From Eledone cirrhosa (taxonomy: Eukaryota): a stretch of 64,000 nucleotides of DNA. The translations under genes and the position numbers were made by a program. Location of the stretch: the NCBI GenBank assembly GCA_964016885.1, contig OZ024742.1, forward strand, positions 10,106,001 through 10,170,000. The letters are read 5' to 3'. Shown here piece by piece: positions 1-11,360 of the stretch. Below the pieces are notes generated by a model. That model had not been told where the DNA came from and did not search any database. It worked only from the letters and a program-made list of their open reading frames with translations. Numbering within the stretch: position 1 is the stretch's first letter; each line of letters begins with the position of its first letter.

Positions 1-539
1 TATGGGTTCTATCAAGGTTGGCCATGCAGGTCACTAGTTTGTGATCTGAATAGGCAACCATGAACATTTGTGGACAGCTTAACATGTCCCTATCCTTATT
101 TCTAACTAGAACCCTATCTAGGTACGATCTAGATGTTCCGCTCGATTAGTCCACGTCCACAGTGGCGCAGTCGGAAAATCTAGTCGATATCTATCGGCCA
201 GGTCAAATCGGTCGATTAACTGTTTGAGGCTGTTACACCCCCCTTTATCGGGACATGCTCCCACATAGTCCCAACGTGCATCTAGGATTCCATTCCAGTC
301 CCCCACTAAAAGCAAGGAGCGGGACGTTCCCAGAAAAGTCTCTAGACGTTTGAAGAAGTCTGGCCGCGGTGTCCCGGATGGGGCATATGCGGCCACCAGC
401 CTGAACGCTCCACCTTCACTACCGTCAACGTCTAGGACCACCAGTCGACCCTCCGGGTCCAGATGTACCGTCTGTGTTACGAGGCCCAGGTGTTTCCGCA
501 GCAAAACGGCAACCCCGGTTGACAGAGATATGCGTAGAT
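1..539 (-). mobile_element. Third tandem 5'-truncated Tx1 copy, running off the window start
   Basis: Matches ~3538-4076 including the junction; 1-bp loss near 142. Confidence 0.9.
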
Positions 540-546
540 AGATAGA

Positions 547-583
<37 letters not shown>

Positions 584-584
<1 letters not shown>

Positions 585-3500
585 TTCTTTATTAGCCACA
601 GGGGCACAAAAGAAGGGGACAAATACAAAGGGGGAAGTTTACATACAATAAAAACGTGTAAAATGTTATCACAGATGGAATTTAAAAGTTAGTCGATTTT
701 CCCCAATAGAGGGAGACAGTTTATATGGGTAACACATACCCCCGAAAAAAAATGTGCAACCCTCATCTCCAGGAGTACGAAGAGCTTGTACTCCCTTCCT
801 CTCCTCCTCCTTTTCCTCAATCTACAGGCTGATATAGAGAGAAGGCCCATTCACTCGGGCCATTCTCGCCACTTTCACCCACCTTTCATAAAACTTGCTG
901 GGGTACAGCACCTCTCTCTCCATCCTGATTCTTCTTCCAAAGTGGTATTTGAAAAAAAGAATCAGTTGTTGGCCGGAGAGAAAGGTGTCTGACCTCAGCC
1001 CTTTCAACCTTGTCCACCATACAACCTCTTTCGCCATAGCTATCACACAAAGGAAAACCGCCTCTCCTTCGTTTTTGAAGGAGGGTGGCGGTTTGATCAT
1101 GACAATGGACTCGGTGGTCAACTGGATTGGTCCCACCCGCGAAATAGTCGTTCTACATATCCCCACAGGTCAGTGACGCCCGGGCAGTGTATGAATGCGT
1201 GCGCGACGGTTTCTTCGTCTCGCACGCACCTCGGACAGATCTTTTTTGCAGGGTCCCTGCCCGGGCGCCCATGTCTGTAGAGCTTGTCTCGAACTGGTAG
1301 AGCTCCTCGGTAGCACTGCCAGGCCAGGGACTTTTGGAAGTTGTCCATCGGTCCCGGGCGGAAGGTCCTACCGAACAGACTGGCCAGTTCATCTTCCTCC
1401 ACGCCTAGAGTTTCACCGAGCGCGTCGTCGCACTTGCTGCGGACCAACCCTCTATAGAATGACGAAGTGGAGTCTCCACTGATCGCCGGGTCCGCCTGCC
1501 AGAGGGCTGTGAGCGCCTGAGCACATTCGATGTGCCAGTCGCCCATTTTCCTCGGTCTCTGCTTGACCCAGGACTGCAGCTCGGTCAGTGAGACGAGTCG
1601 TGGGAAGGCTCGCCTCACGAACGGGGCCCACACCGGTTGTCCGGTGAGGAATACGTAGAGATGCCGCAGCCTGAGCGCGTGTTTGCGCATCGTCAACCAC
1701 GGCATCCCCAGCCCTCCGTTAGAAGGGTGTTGGCAGCAGATGGATCTTCTTACCAAAGGAGCCCGCCTCTTCCAAAGGAATCGGAAGAGGGCGCGCTCCA
1801 TTTTGGCGAGCGTTTTGGCTGGACAAGGCACGACGGTCAAGCGGTAGTAGATGGCGGACGCTATAAAAGTGTTCGCCACCTCCGCTCGACCTTTCAAGGA
1901 TAGTTTGCACTCGGCCCACTTCTGGGTGAGTGCAAACACCTTGGCCGTCACTTCGTTCCAGTTCTTCTCCACCTGGAGGTCCGGACCAAACCAGACCCCG
2001 AGCAGCTTTACCGGTCCTTCCGTCCAGCGTCCGACGACGCCATCGGAAGGCATCGGTCTGCCTCTCCACGATCCGAGTTGCAAACCGATGGACTTGTCCC
2101 GGTTAAGCTTCGCTCCTGTGAGACTTTCGTATTCCTTTAGTAAGGTGCCGACTTTCTCGATTTGCGAGGCGCTCGACACCATTACTGTCACGTCGTCGGC
2201 GTAGGCCGACGCCGCTTTCCGCAGTCCCGGTTCCAGAGGGATGCCCTGCAATAGCTCCAGCTTCCGCAGTAGTGGCTCGAGAGTCAGTACGTACAGAAGG
2301 GAGGAGAGAGGGCATCCCTGTCGAATGGATCGCGTAATATGGAACGGCTCCGAGAGGTAACCGTTCACCTTGACCCTTGAGCAGATGTTGCTGTTGTGCA
2401 TTGCAGCAATCCAGCCCCTGAACACGGGTCCGAAGCCTGCCGCCTCGAGCACCGCATCCAGGTAACGATGGTCAACCCTATCGAAAGCCTTAGACTGATC
2501 CAAGTTGATCAGGGCCCCACCGAAGCCGGGTTTACACCCTACCCTCTCTATGATGTATCGCATGAGGTGGAGGTTGTCGTGTATGGACCTGGTCGGGATC
2601 GCGCATGTCTGCGCTTCTCCCACCAGGTTCTCGACGACAAGCGCCAGCCTCTTTGCCAACACCTTGGCCAAAATCTGTAACTCTGTGTTTAGCAGAGTTA
2701 TGGGCCGGAAGTTGCCTATGTCATCCCCCTTATTCTCGTCCTTCCTGATTAGTGTGACCACGCCCCCGGTTACAGAACTGGGAATTCTCCCGTTCTGTTG
2801 CCAGTTGCAGTAGACCGCTTCCAGGAGACCGGAGAATAAGTCCGGCATTGCTGCGTAAAATTCGTAGGGTAGACCGTCGAGACCTGGAGATTTGCGTTTG
2901 CCGCATTGGCTCAGCGCGTCCCCTATCTCAGTGGCTGAAATCGGCTTTTCGCAGAACTTCGCCTCGCTGTCCGAGAGTCGCGGTAGGCCGTCGAGGTATG
3001 GACCGAAATCCATAGCCTCTCCCGGCGCGCCGCTCCCCCCGAACAGCCGAGCAAAGTGCCGCTGAAAAGCCGCACACATCTCATCGGCTCACGTATCACG
3101 CGTCCGTTTTGGTCCTTCAAAGACCGAATCGTGGACTTGTTGCCACTTTTTGCCTCCGTCACTCGGGCCCAGCTAACAGCTTTGGCTCCCTCGTTTCCCA
3201 GAGCACGTATTTTGCTTCTGACAACGCAGCCCTCGTGCTTTGCGTCGAAGAACTGGTCCAAGGCCGTTCTCGTTGCTAGCACGCTGGCTACGTTGCCACT
3301 TCTAATAGCCTCTTCTACTTTATCTACCAGTTCCTTCTCGGTTCTATTTCTATCTAACGCTAATTCTTTACTAAAAACTATCGAGTCTAATCTAACTGCC
3401 CTCTTGAGAGAGTACCACCATCTGTTGTTGACAATGGCCCCTGTCAAGTGCTGTTTAACTAAAGTGCTAATCCGTCTACTGTAGGCTTTGCTTGTCGGTA

Positions 3501-4076
3501 ACGACAAGTTCAGCTTCCAGTAGCCGGGTCCTTGTCTATGGGTTCTATCAAGGTTGGCCATGCAGGTCACTAGTTTGTGATCTGAATAGGCAACCATGAA
3601 CATTTGTGGACAGCTTAACATGTCCCTATCCTTATTTCTAACTAGAACCCTATCTAGGTACGATCTAGATGTTCCGCTACGATTACTCCACGTCCACAGT
3701 GGCGCAGTCGGAAAATCTAGTCGATATCTATCGGCCAGGTCAAATCGGTCGATTAACTGTTTGAGGCTGTTACACCCCCCTTTATCGGGACATGCTCCCA
3801 CATAGTCCCAACGTGCATCTAGGATTCCATTCCAGTCCCCCACTAAAAGCAAGGAGCGGGACGTTCCCAGAAAAGTCTCTAGACGTTTGAAGAAGTCTGG
3901 CCGCGGTGTCCCGGATGGGGCATATGCGGCCACCAGCCTGAACGCTCCACCTTCACTACCGTCAACGTCTAGGACCACCAGTCGACCCTCCGGGTCCAGA
4001 TGTACCGTCTGTGTTACGAGGCCCAGGTGTTTCCGCAGCAAAACGGCAACCCCGGTTGACAGAGATATGCGTAGAT
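584..4076 (-). mobile_element. 5'-truncated tandem copy of Tx1 subfamily 1 with two 1-bp frameshifts
   Basis: Same truncation point and 13-bp deletion; single-base losses near 1143 and 3080 split ORF2; period 3533 bp. Confidence 0.92.
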
Positions 4077-4083
4077 AGATAGA

Positions 4084-4116
<33 letters not shown>

Positions 4117-4117
<1 letters not shown>

Positions 4118-7100
4118 TTCTTTATTAGCCACAGGGGCACAAAAGAAGGGGACAAATACAAAGGGGGAAGTTTACATACAATAAAAACGTGTAAAATGTT
4201 ATCACAGATGGAATTTAAAAGTTAGTCGATTTTCCCCAATAGAGGGAGACAGTTTATATGGGTAACACATACCCCCGAAAAAAAATGTGCAACCCTCATC
4301 TCCAGGAGTACGAAGAGCTTGTACTCCCTTCCTCTCCTCCTCCTTTTCCTCAATCTACAGGCTGATATAGAGAGAAGGCCCATTCACTCGGGCCATTCTC
4401 GCCACTTTCACCCACCTTTCATAAAACTTGCTGGGGTACAGCACCTCTCTCTCCATCCTGATTCTTCTTCCAAAGTGGTATTTGAAAAAAAGAATCAGTT
4501 GTTGGCCGGAGAGAAAGGTGTCTGACCTCAGCCCTTTCAACCTTGTCCACCATACAACCTCTTTCGCCATAGCTATCACACAAAGGAAAACCGCCTCTCC
4601 TTCGTTTTTGAAGGAGGGTGGCGGTTTGATCATGACAATGGACTCGGTGGTCAACTGGATTGGTCCCACCCGCGACAATAGTCGTTCTACATATCCCCAC
4701 AGGTCAGTGACGCCCGGGCAGTGTATGAATGCGTGCGCGACGGTTTCTTCGTCTCGCACGCACCTCGGACAGATCTTTTTTGCAGGGTCCCTGCCCGGGC
4801 GCCCATGTCTGTAGAGCTTGTCTCGAACTGGTAGAGCTCCTCGGTAGCACTGCCAGGCCAGGGACTTTTGGAAGTTGTCCATCGGTCCCGGGCGGAAGGT
4901 CCTACCGAACAGACTGGCCAGTTCATCTTCCTCCACGCCTAGAGTTTCACCGAGCGCGTCGTCGCACTTGCTGCGGACCAACCCTCTATAGAATGACGAA
5001 GTGGAGTCTCCACTGATCGCCGGGTCCGCCTGCCAGAGGGCTGTGAGCGCCTGAGCACATTCGATGTGCCAGTCGCCCATTTTCCTCGGTCTCTGCTTGA
5101 CCCAGGACTGCAGCTCGGTCAGTGAGACGAGTCGTGGGAAGGCTCGCCTCACGAACGGGGCCCACACCGGTTGTCCGGTGAGGAATACGTAGAGATGCCG
5201 CAGCCTGAGCGCGTGTTTGCGCATCGTCAACCACGGCATCCCCAGCCCTCCGTTAGAAGGGTGTTGGCAGCAGATGGATCTTCTTACCAAAGGAGCCCGC
5301 CTCTTCCAAAGGAATCGGAAGAGGGCGCGCTCCATTTTGGCGAGCGTTTTGGCTGGACAAGGCACGACGGTCAAGCGGTAGTAGATGGCGGACGCTATAA
5401 AAGTGTTCGCCACCTCCGCTCGACCTTTCAAGGATAGTTTGCACTCGGCCCACTTCTGGGTGAGTGCAAACACCTTGGCCGTCACTTCGTTCCAGTTCTT
5501 CTCCACCTGGAGGTCCGGACCAAACCAGACCCCGAGCAGCTTTACCGGTCCTTCCGTCCAGCGTCCGACGACGCCATCGGAAGGCATCGGTCTGCCTCTC
5601 CACGATCCGAGTTGCAAACCGATGGACTTGTCCCGGTTCAGCTTCGCTCCTGTGAGACTTTCGTATTCCTTTAGTAAGGTGCCGACTTTCTCGATTTGCG
5701 AGGCGCTCGACACCATTACTGTCACGTCGTCGGCGTAGGCCGACGCCGCTTTCCGCAGTCCCGGTTCCAGAGGGATGCCCTGCAATAGCTCCAGCTTCCG
5801 CAGTAGTGGCTCGAGAGTCAGTACGTACAGAAGGGAGGAGAGAGGGCATCCCTGTCGAATGGATCGCGTAATATGGAACGGCTCCGAGAGGTAACCGTTC
5901 ACCTTGACCCTTGAGCAGATGTTGCTGTTGTGCATTGCAGCAATCCAGCCCCTGAACACGGGTCCGAAGCCTGCCGCCTCGAGCACCGCATCCAGGTAAC
6001 GATGGTCAACCCTATCGAAAGCCTTAGACTGATCCAAGTTGATCAGGGCCCCACCGAAGCCGGGTTTACACCCTACCCTCTCTATGATGTATCGCATGAG
6101 GTGGAGGTTGTCGTGTATGGACCTGGTCGGGATCGCGCATGTCTGCGCTTCTCCCACCAGGTTCTCGACGACAAGCGCCAGCCTCTTTGCCAACACCTTG
6201 GCCAAAATCTGTAACTCTGTGTTTAGCAGAGTTATGGGCCGGAAGTTGCCTATGTCATCCCCCTTATTCTCGTCCTTCCTGATTAGTGTGACCACGCCCC
6301 CGGTTACAGAACTGGGAATTCTCCCGTTCTGTTGCCAGTTGCAGTAGACCGCTTCCAGGAGACCGGAGAATAAGTCCGGCATTGCTGCGTAAAATTCGTA
6401 GGGTAGACCGTCGAGACCTGGAGATTTGCGTTTGCCGCATTGGCTCAGCGCGTCCCCTATCTCAGTGGCTGAAATCGGCTTTTCGCAGAACTTCGCCTCG
6501 CTGTCCGAGAGTCGCGGTAGGCCGTCGAGGTATGGACCGAAATCCATAGCCTCTCCCGGCGCGCCGCTCCCCCCGAACAGCCGAGCAAAGTGCCGCTGAA
6601 AAGCCGCACACATCTGCTTCGGCTCACGTATCACGCGTCCGTTTTGGTCCTTCAAAGACCGAATCGTGGACTTGTTGCCACTTTTTGCCTCCGTCACTCG
6701 GGCCCAGCTAACAGCTTTGGCTCCCTCGTTTCCCAGAGCACGTATTTTGCTTCTGACAACGCAGCCCTCGTGCTTTGCGTCGAAGAACTGGTCCAAGGCC
6801 GTTCTCGTTGCTAGCACGCTGGCTACGTTGCCACTTCTAATAGCCTCTTCTACTTTATCTACCAGTTCCTTCTCGGTTCTATTTCTATCTAACGCTAATT
6901 CTTTACTAAAAACTATCGAGTCTAATCTAACTGCCCTCTTGAGAGAGTACCACCATCTGTTGTTGACAATGGCCCCTGTCAAGTGCTGTTTAACTAAAGT
7001 GCTAATCCGTCTACTGTAGGCTTTGCTTGTCGGTAACGACAAGTTCAGCTTCCAGTAGCCGGGTCCTTGTCTATGGGTTCTATCAAGGTTGGCCATGCAG

Positions 7101-7611
7101 GTCACTAGTTTGTGATCTGAATAGGCAACCATGAACATTTGTGGACAGCTTAACATGTCCCTATCCTTATTTCTAACTAGAACCCTATCTAGGTACGATC
7201 TAGATGTTCCGCTACGATTACTCCACGTCCACAGTGGCGCAGTCGGAAAATCTAGTCGATATCTATCGGCCAGGTCAAATCGGTCGATTAACTGTTTGAG
7301 GCTGTTACACCCCCCTTTATCGGGACATGCTCCCACATAGTCCCAACGTGCATCTAGGATTCCATTCCAGTCCCCCACTAAAAGCAAGGAGCGGGACGTT
7401 CCCAGAAAAGTCTCTAGACGTTTGAAGAAGTCTGGCCGCGGTGTCCCGGATGGGGCATATGCGGCCACCAGCCTGAACGCTCCACCTTCACTACCGTCAA
7501 CGTCTAGGACCACCAGTCGACCCTCCGGGTCCAGATGTACCGTCTGTGTTACGAGGCCCAGGTGTTTCCGCAGCAAAACGGCAACCCCGGTTGACAGAGA
7601 TATGCGTAGAT
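4117..7611 (-). mobile_element. 5'-truncated tandem copy of Tx1 subfamily 1 (ORF2 open but lacking the first ~60 codons)
   Basis: Near-identical to 7652-11159; truncated at GCGTAGAT with a 13-bp deletion just inside; period 3535 bp. Confidence 0.93.
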
Positions 7612-7618
7612 AGATAGA

Positions 7619-7652
<34 letters not shown>

Positions 7653-7889
7653 TTCTTTATTAGCCACAGGGGCACAAAAGAAGGGGACAAATACAAAGGG
7701 GGAAGTTTACATACAATAAAAACGTGTAAAATGTTATCACAGATGGAATTTAAAAGTTAGTCGATTTTCCCCAATAGAGGGAGACAGTTTATATGGGTAA
7801 CACATACCCCCGAAAAAAAATGTGCAACCCTCATCTCCAGGAGTACGAAGAGCTTGTACTCCCTTCCTCTCCTCCTCCTTTTCCTCAAT

Positions 7890-10800
7890 CTACAGGCTGA
7901 TATAGAGAGAAGGCCCATTCACTCGGGCCATTCTCGCCACTTTCACCCACCTTTCATAAAACTTGCTGGGGTACAGCACCTCTCTCTCCATCCTGATTCT
8001 TCTTCCAAAGTGGTATTTGAAAAAAAGAATCAGTTGTTGGCCGGAGAGAAAGGTGTCTGACCTCAGCCCTTTCAACCTTGTCCACCATACAACCTCTTTC
8101 GCCATAGCTATCACACAAAGGAAAACCGCCTCTCCTTCGTTTTTGAAGGAGGGTGGCGGTTTGATCATGACAATGGACTCGGTGGTCAACTGGATTGGTC
8201 CCACCCGCGACAATAGTCGTTCTACATATCCCCACAGGTCAGTGACGCCCGGGCAGTGTATGAATGCGTGCGCGACGGTTTCTTCGTCTCGCACGCACCT
8301 CGGACAGATCTTTTTTGCAGGGTCCCTGCCCGGGCGCCCATGTCTGTAGAGCTTGTCTCGAACTGGTAGAGCTCCTCGGTAGCACTGCCAGGCCAGGGAC
8401 TTTTGGAAGTTGTCCATCGGTCCCGGGCGGAAGGTCCTACCGAACAGACTGGCCAGTTCATCTTCCTCCACGCCTAGAGTTTCACCGAGCGCGTCGTCGC
8501 ACTTGCTGCGGACCAACCCTCTATAGAATGACGAAGTGGAGTCTCCACTGATCGCCGGGTCCGCCTGCCAGAGGGCTGTGAGCGCCTGAGCACATTCGAT
8601 GTGCCAGTCGCCCATTTTCCTCGGTCTCTGCTTGACCCAGGACTGCAGCTCGGTCAGTGAGACGAGTCGTGGGAAGGCTCGCCTCACGAACGGGGCCCAC
8701 ACCGGTTGTCCGGTGAGGAATACGTAGAGATGCCGCAGCCTGAGCGCGTGTTTGCGCATCGTCAACCACGGCATCCCCAGCCCTCCGTTAGAAGGGTGTT
8801 GGCAGCAGATGGATCTTCTTACCAAAGGAGCCCGCCTCTTCCAAAGGAATCGGAAGAGGGCGCGCTCCATTTTGGCGAGCGTTTTGGCTGGACAAGGCAC
8901 GACGGTCAAGCGGTAGTAGATGGCGGACGCTATAAAAGTGTTCGCCACCTCCGCTCGACCTTTCAAGGATAGTTTGCACTCGGCCCACTTCTGGGTGAGT
9001 GCAAACACCTTGGCCGTCACTTCGTTCCAGTTCTTCTCCACCTGGAGGTCCGGACCAAACCAGACCCCGAGCAGCTTTACCGGTCCTTCCGTCCAGCGTC
9101 CGACGACGCCATCGGAAGGCATCGGTCTGCCTCTCCACGATCCGAGTTGCAAACCGATGGACTTGTCCCGGTTCAGCTTCGCTCCTGTGAGACTTTCGTA
9201 TTCCTTTAGTAAGGTGCCGACTTTCTCGATTTGCGAGGCGCTCGACACCATTACTGTCACGTCGTCGGCGTAGGCCGACGCCGCTTTCCGCAGTCCCGGT
9301 TCCAGAGGGATGCCCTGCAATAGCTCCAGCTTCCGCAGTAGTGGCTCGAGAGTCAGTACGTACAGAAGGGAGGAGAGAGGGCATCCCTGTCGAATGGATC
9401 GCGTAATATGGAACGGCTCCGAGAGGTAACCGTTCACCTTGACCCTTGAGCAGATGTTGCTGTTGTGCATTGCAGCAATCCAGCCCCTGAACACGGGTCC
9501 GAAGCCTGCCGCCTCGAGCACCGCATCCAGGTAACGATGGTCAACCCTATCGAAAGCCTTAGACTGATCCAAGTTGATCAGGGCCCCACCGAAGCCGGGT
9601 TTACACCCTACCCTCTCTATGATGTATCGCATGAGGTGGAGGTTGTCGTGTATGGACCTGGTCGGGATCGCGCATGTCTGCGCTTCTCCCACCAGGTTCT
9701 CGACGACAAGCGCCAGCCTCTTTGCCAACACCTTGGCCAAAATCTGTAACTCTGTGTTTAGCAGAGTTATGGGCCGGAAGTTGCCTATGTCATCCCCCTT
9801 ATTCTCGTCCTTCCTGATTAGTGTGACCACGCCCCCGGTTACAGAACTGGGAATTCTCCCGTTCTGTTGCCAGTTGCAGTAGACCGCTTCCAGAAGACCG
9901 GAGAATAAGTCCGGCATTGCTGCGTAAAATTCGTAGGGTAGACCGTCGAGACCTGGAGATTTGCGTTTGCCGCATTGGCTCAGCGCGTCCCCTATCTCAG
10001 TGGCTGAAATCGGCTTTTCGCAGAACTTCGCCTCGCTGTCCGAGAGTCGCGGTAGGCCGTCGAGGTATGGACCGAAATCCATAGCCTCTCCCGGCGCGCC
10101 GCTCCCCCCGAACAGCCGAGCAAAGTGCCGCTGAAAAGCCGCACACATCTGCTTCGGCTCACGTATCACGCGTCCGTTTTGGTCCTTCAAAGACCGAATC
10201 GTGGACTTGTTGCCACTTTTTGCCTCCGTCACTCGGGCCCAGCTAACAGCTTTGGCTCCCTCGTTTCCCAGAGCACGTATTTTGCTTCTGACAACGCAGC
10301 CCTCGTGCTTTGCGTCGAAGAACTGGTCCAAGGCCGTTCTCGTTGCTAGCACGCTGGCTACGTTGCCACTTCTAATAGCCTCTTCTACTTTATCTACCAG
10401 TTCCTTCTCGGTTCTATTTCTATCTAACGCTAATTCTTTACTAAAAACTATCGAGTCTAATCTAACTGCCCTCTTGAGAGAGTACCACCATCTGTTGTTG
10501 ACAATGGCCCCTGTCAAGTGCTGTTTAACTAAAGTGCTAATCCGTCTACTGTAGGCTTTGCTTGTCGGTAACGACAAGTTCAGCTTCCAGTAGCCGGGTC
10601 CTTGTCTATGGGTTCTATCAAGGTTGGCCATGCAGGTCACTAGTTTGTGATCTGAATAGGCAACCATGAACATTTGTGGACAGCTTAACATGTCCCTATC
10701 CTTATTTCTAACTAGAACCCTATCTAGGTACGATCTAGATGTTCCGCTACGATTACTCCACGTCCACAGTGGCGCAGTCGGAAAATCTAGTCGATATCTA

Positions 10801-11327
10801 TCGGCCAGGTCAAATCGGTCGACTAACTGTTTGAGGCTGTTACACCCCCCTTTATCGGGACATGCTCCCACATAGTCCCAACGTGCATCTAGGATTCCAT
10901 TCCAGTCCCCCACTAAAAGCAAGGAGCGGGACGTTCCCAGAAAAGTCTCTAGACGTTTGAAGAAGTCTGGCCGCGGTGTCCCGGATGGGGCATATGCGGC
11001 CACCAGCCTGAACGCTCCACCTTCACTACCGTCAACGTCTAGGACCACCAGTCGACCCTCCGGGTCCAGATGTACCGTCTGTGTTACGAGGCCCAGGTGT
11101 TTCCGCAGCAAAACGGCAACTCCGCCCCCACCCCCCGGTTGACAGAGAGATGCGTAGATCTCAAAGTCATCGAAGATGGGGGCCAGCTGTCGCTCGCCGT
11201 GGATCCTGGACTCGCAAATGGCTACCACATCCAAACTGTGCGACCTGAGGTCGTTTAAGAGTTTGCCCTGTTTCCAGGGCATCCCCAGGCCGCGTACGTT
11301 CACACATCCAACTCTTATATTGGCCAT
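7890..11327 (-). CDS. ORF2 polyprotein: APE endonuclease + reverse transcriptase + C-terminal zinc finger, 1145 aa
   Basis: Uninterrupted ATG-to-TAG ORF. APE motifs NVRGL, AICES, GDWN, SYLDRVL, SDH; RT motifs KSPGLDG, FRPITLLN, LDQSKAFDRV, RQGCPLS, YADD, LLGV; CPRC..ETVAHAFIHC zinc finger typical of L1/Tx1. Confidence 0.95.
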   Translation of the reverse strand: MANIRVGCVNVRGLGMPWKQGKLLNDLRSHSLDVVAICESRIHGERQLAPIFDDFEIYASLCQPGGGGGVAVLLRKHLGLVTQTVHLDPEGRLVVLDVDGSEGGAFRLVAAYAPSGTPRPDFFKRLETFLGTSRSLLLVGDWNGILDARWDYVGACPDKGGCNSLKQLVDRFDLADRYRLDFPTAPLWTWSNRSGTSRSYLDRVLVRNKDRDMLSCPQMFMVAYSDHKLVTCMANLDRTHRQGPGYWKLNLSLPTSKAYSRRISTLVKQHLTGAIVNNRWWYSLKRAVRLDSIVFSKELALDRNRTEKELVDKVEEAIRSGNVASVLATRTALDQFFDAKHEGCVVRSKIRALGNEGAKAVSWARVTEAKSGNKSTIRSLKDQNGRVIREPKQMCAAFQRHFARLFGGSGAPGEAMDFGPYLDGLPRLSDSEAKFCEKPISATEIGDALSQCGKRKSPGLDGLPYEFYAAMPDLFSGLLEAVYCNWQQNGRIPSSVTGGVVTLIRKDENKGDDIGNFRPITLLNTELQILAKVLAKRLALVVENLVGEAQTCAIPTRSIHDNLHLMRYIIERVGCKPGFGGALINLDQSKAFDRVDHRYLDAVLEAAGFGPVFRGWIAAMHNSNICSRVKVNGYLSEPFHITRSIRQGCPLSSLLYVLTLEPLLRKLELLQGIPLEPGLRKAASAYADDVTVMVSSASQIEKVGTLLKEYESLTGAKLNRDKSIGLQLGSWRGRPMPSDGVVGRWTEGPVKLLGVWFGPDLQVEKNWNEVTAKVFALTQKWAECKLSLKGRAEVANTFIASAIYYRLTVVPCPAKTLAKMERALFRFLWKRRAPLVRRSICCQHPSNGGLGMPWLTMRKHALRLRHLYVFLTGQPVWAPFVRRAFPRLVSLTELQSWVKQRPRKMGDWHIECAQALTALWQADPAISGDSTSSFYRGLVRSKCDDALGETLGVEEDELASLFGRTFRPGPMDNFQKSLAWQCYRGALPVRDKLYRHGRPGRDPAKKICPRCVRDEETVAHAFIHCPGVTDLWGYVERLLSRVGPIQLTTESIVMIKPPPSFKNEGEAVFLCVIAMAKEVVWWTRLKGLRSDTFLSGQQLILFFKYHFGRRIRMEREVLYPSKFYERWVKVARMARVNGPSLYISL

Positions 11328-11360
11328 GTTGGTGCTGAAAAGTTAAAAGAGGAAAAGAGA

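Noticed and set aside
4355-7696. 1113-aa ORF apparently giving truncated ORF2 a new N-terminus through the GATA spacer
   Set aside because: It starts at TTG, there is no in-frame ATG before the upstream stop at ~7757, (TCTA)n is stop-free by nature, and the N-terminal APE catalytic motifs are missing; the 425..628 equivalent is out of frame
350-11258. Repeated plus-strand short ORFs within the Tx1 copies
   Set aside because: Antisense shadows of the GC-rich ORF2 that recur only because the copies are near-identical
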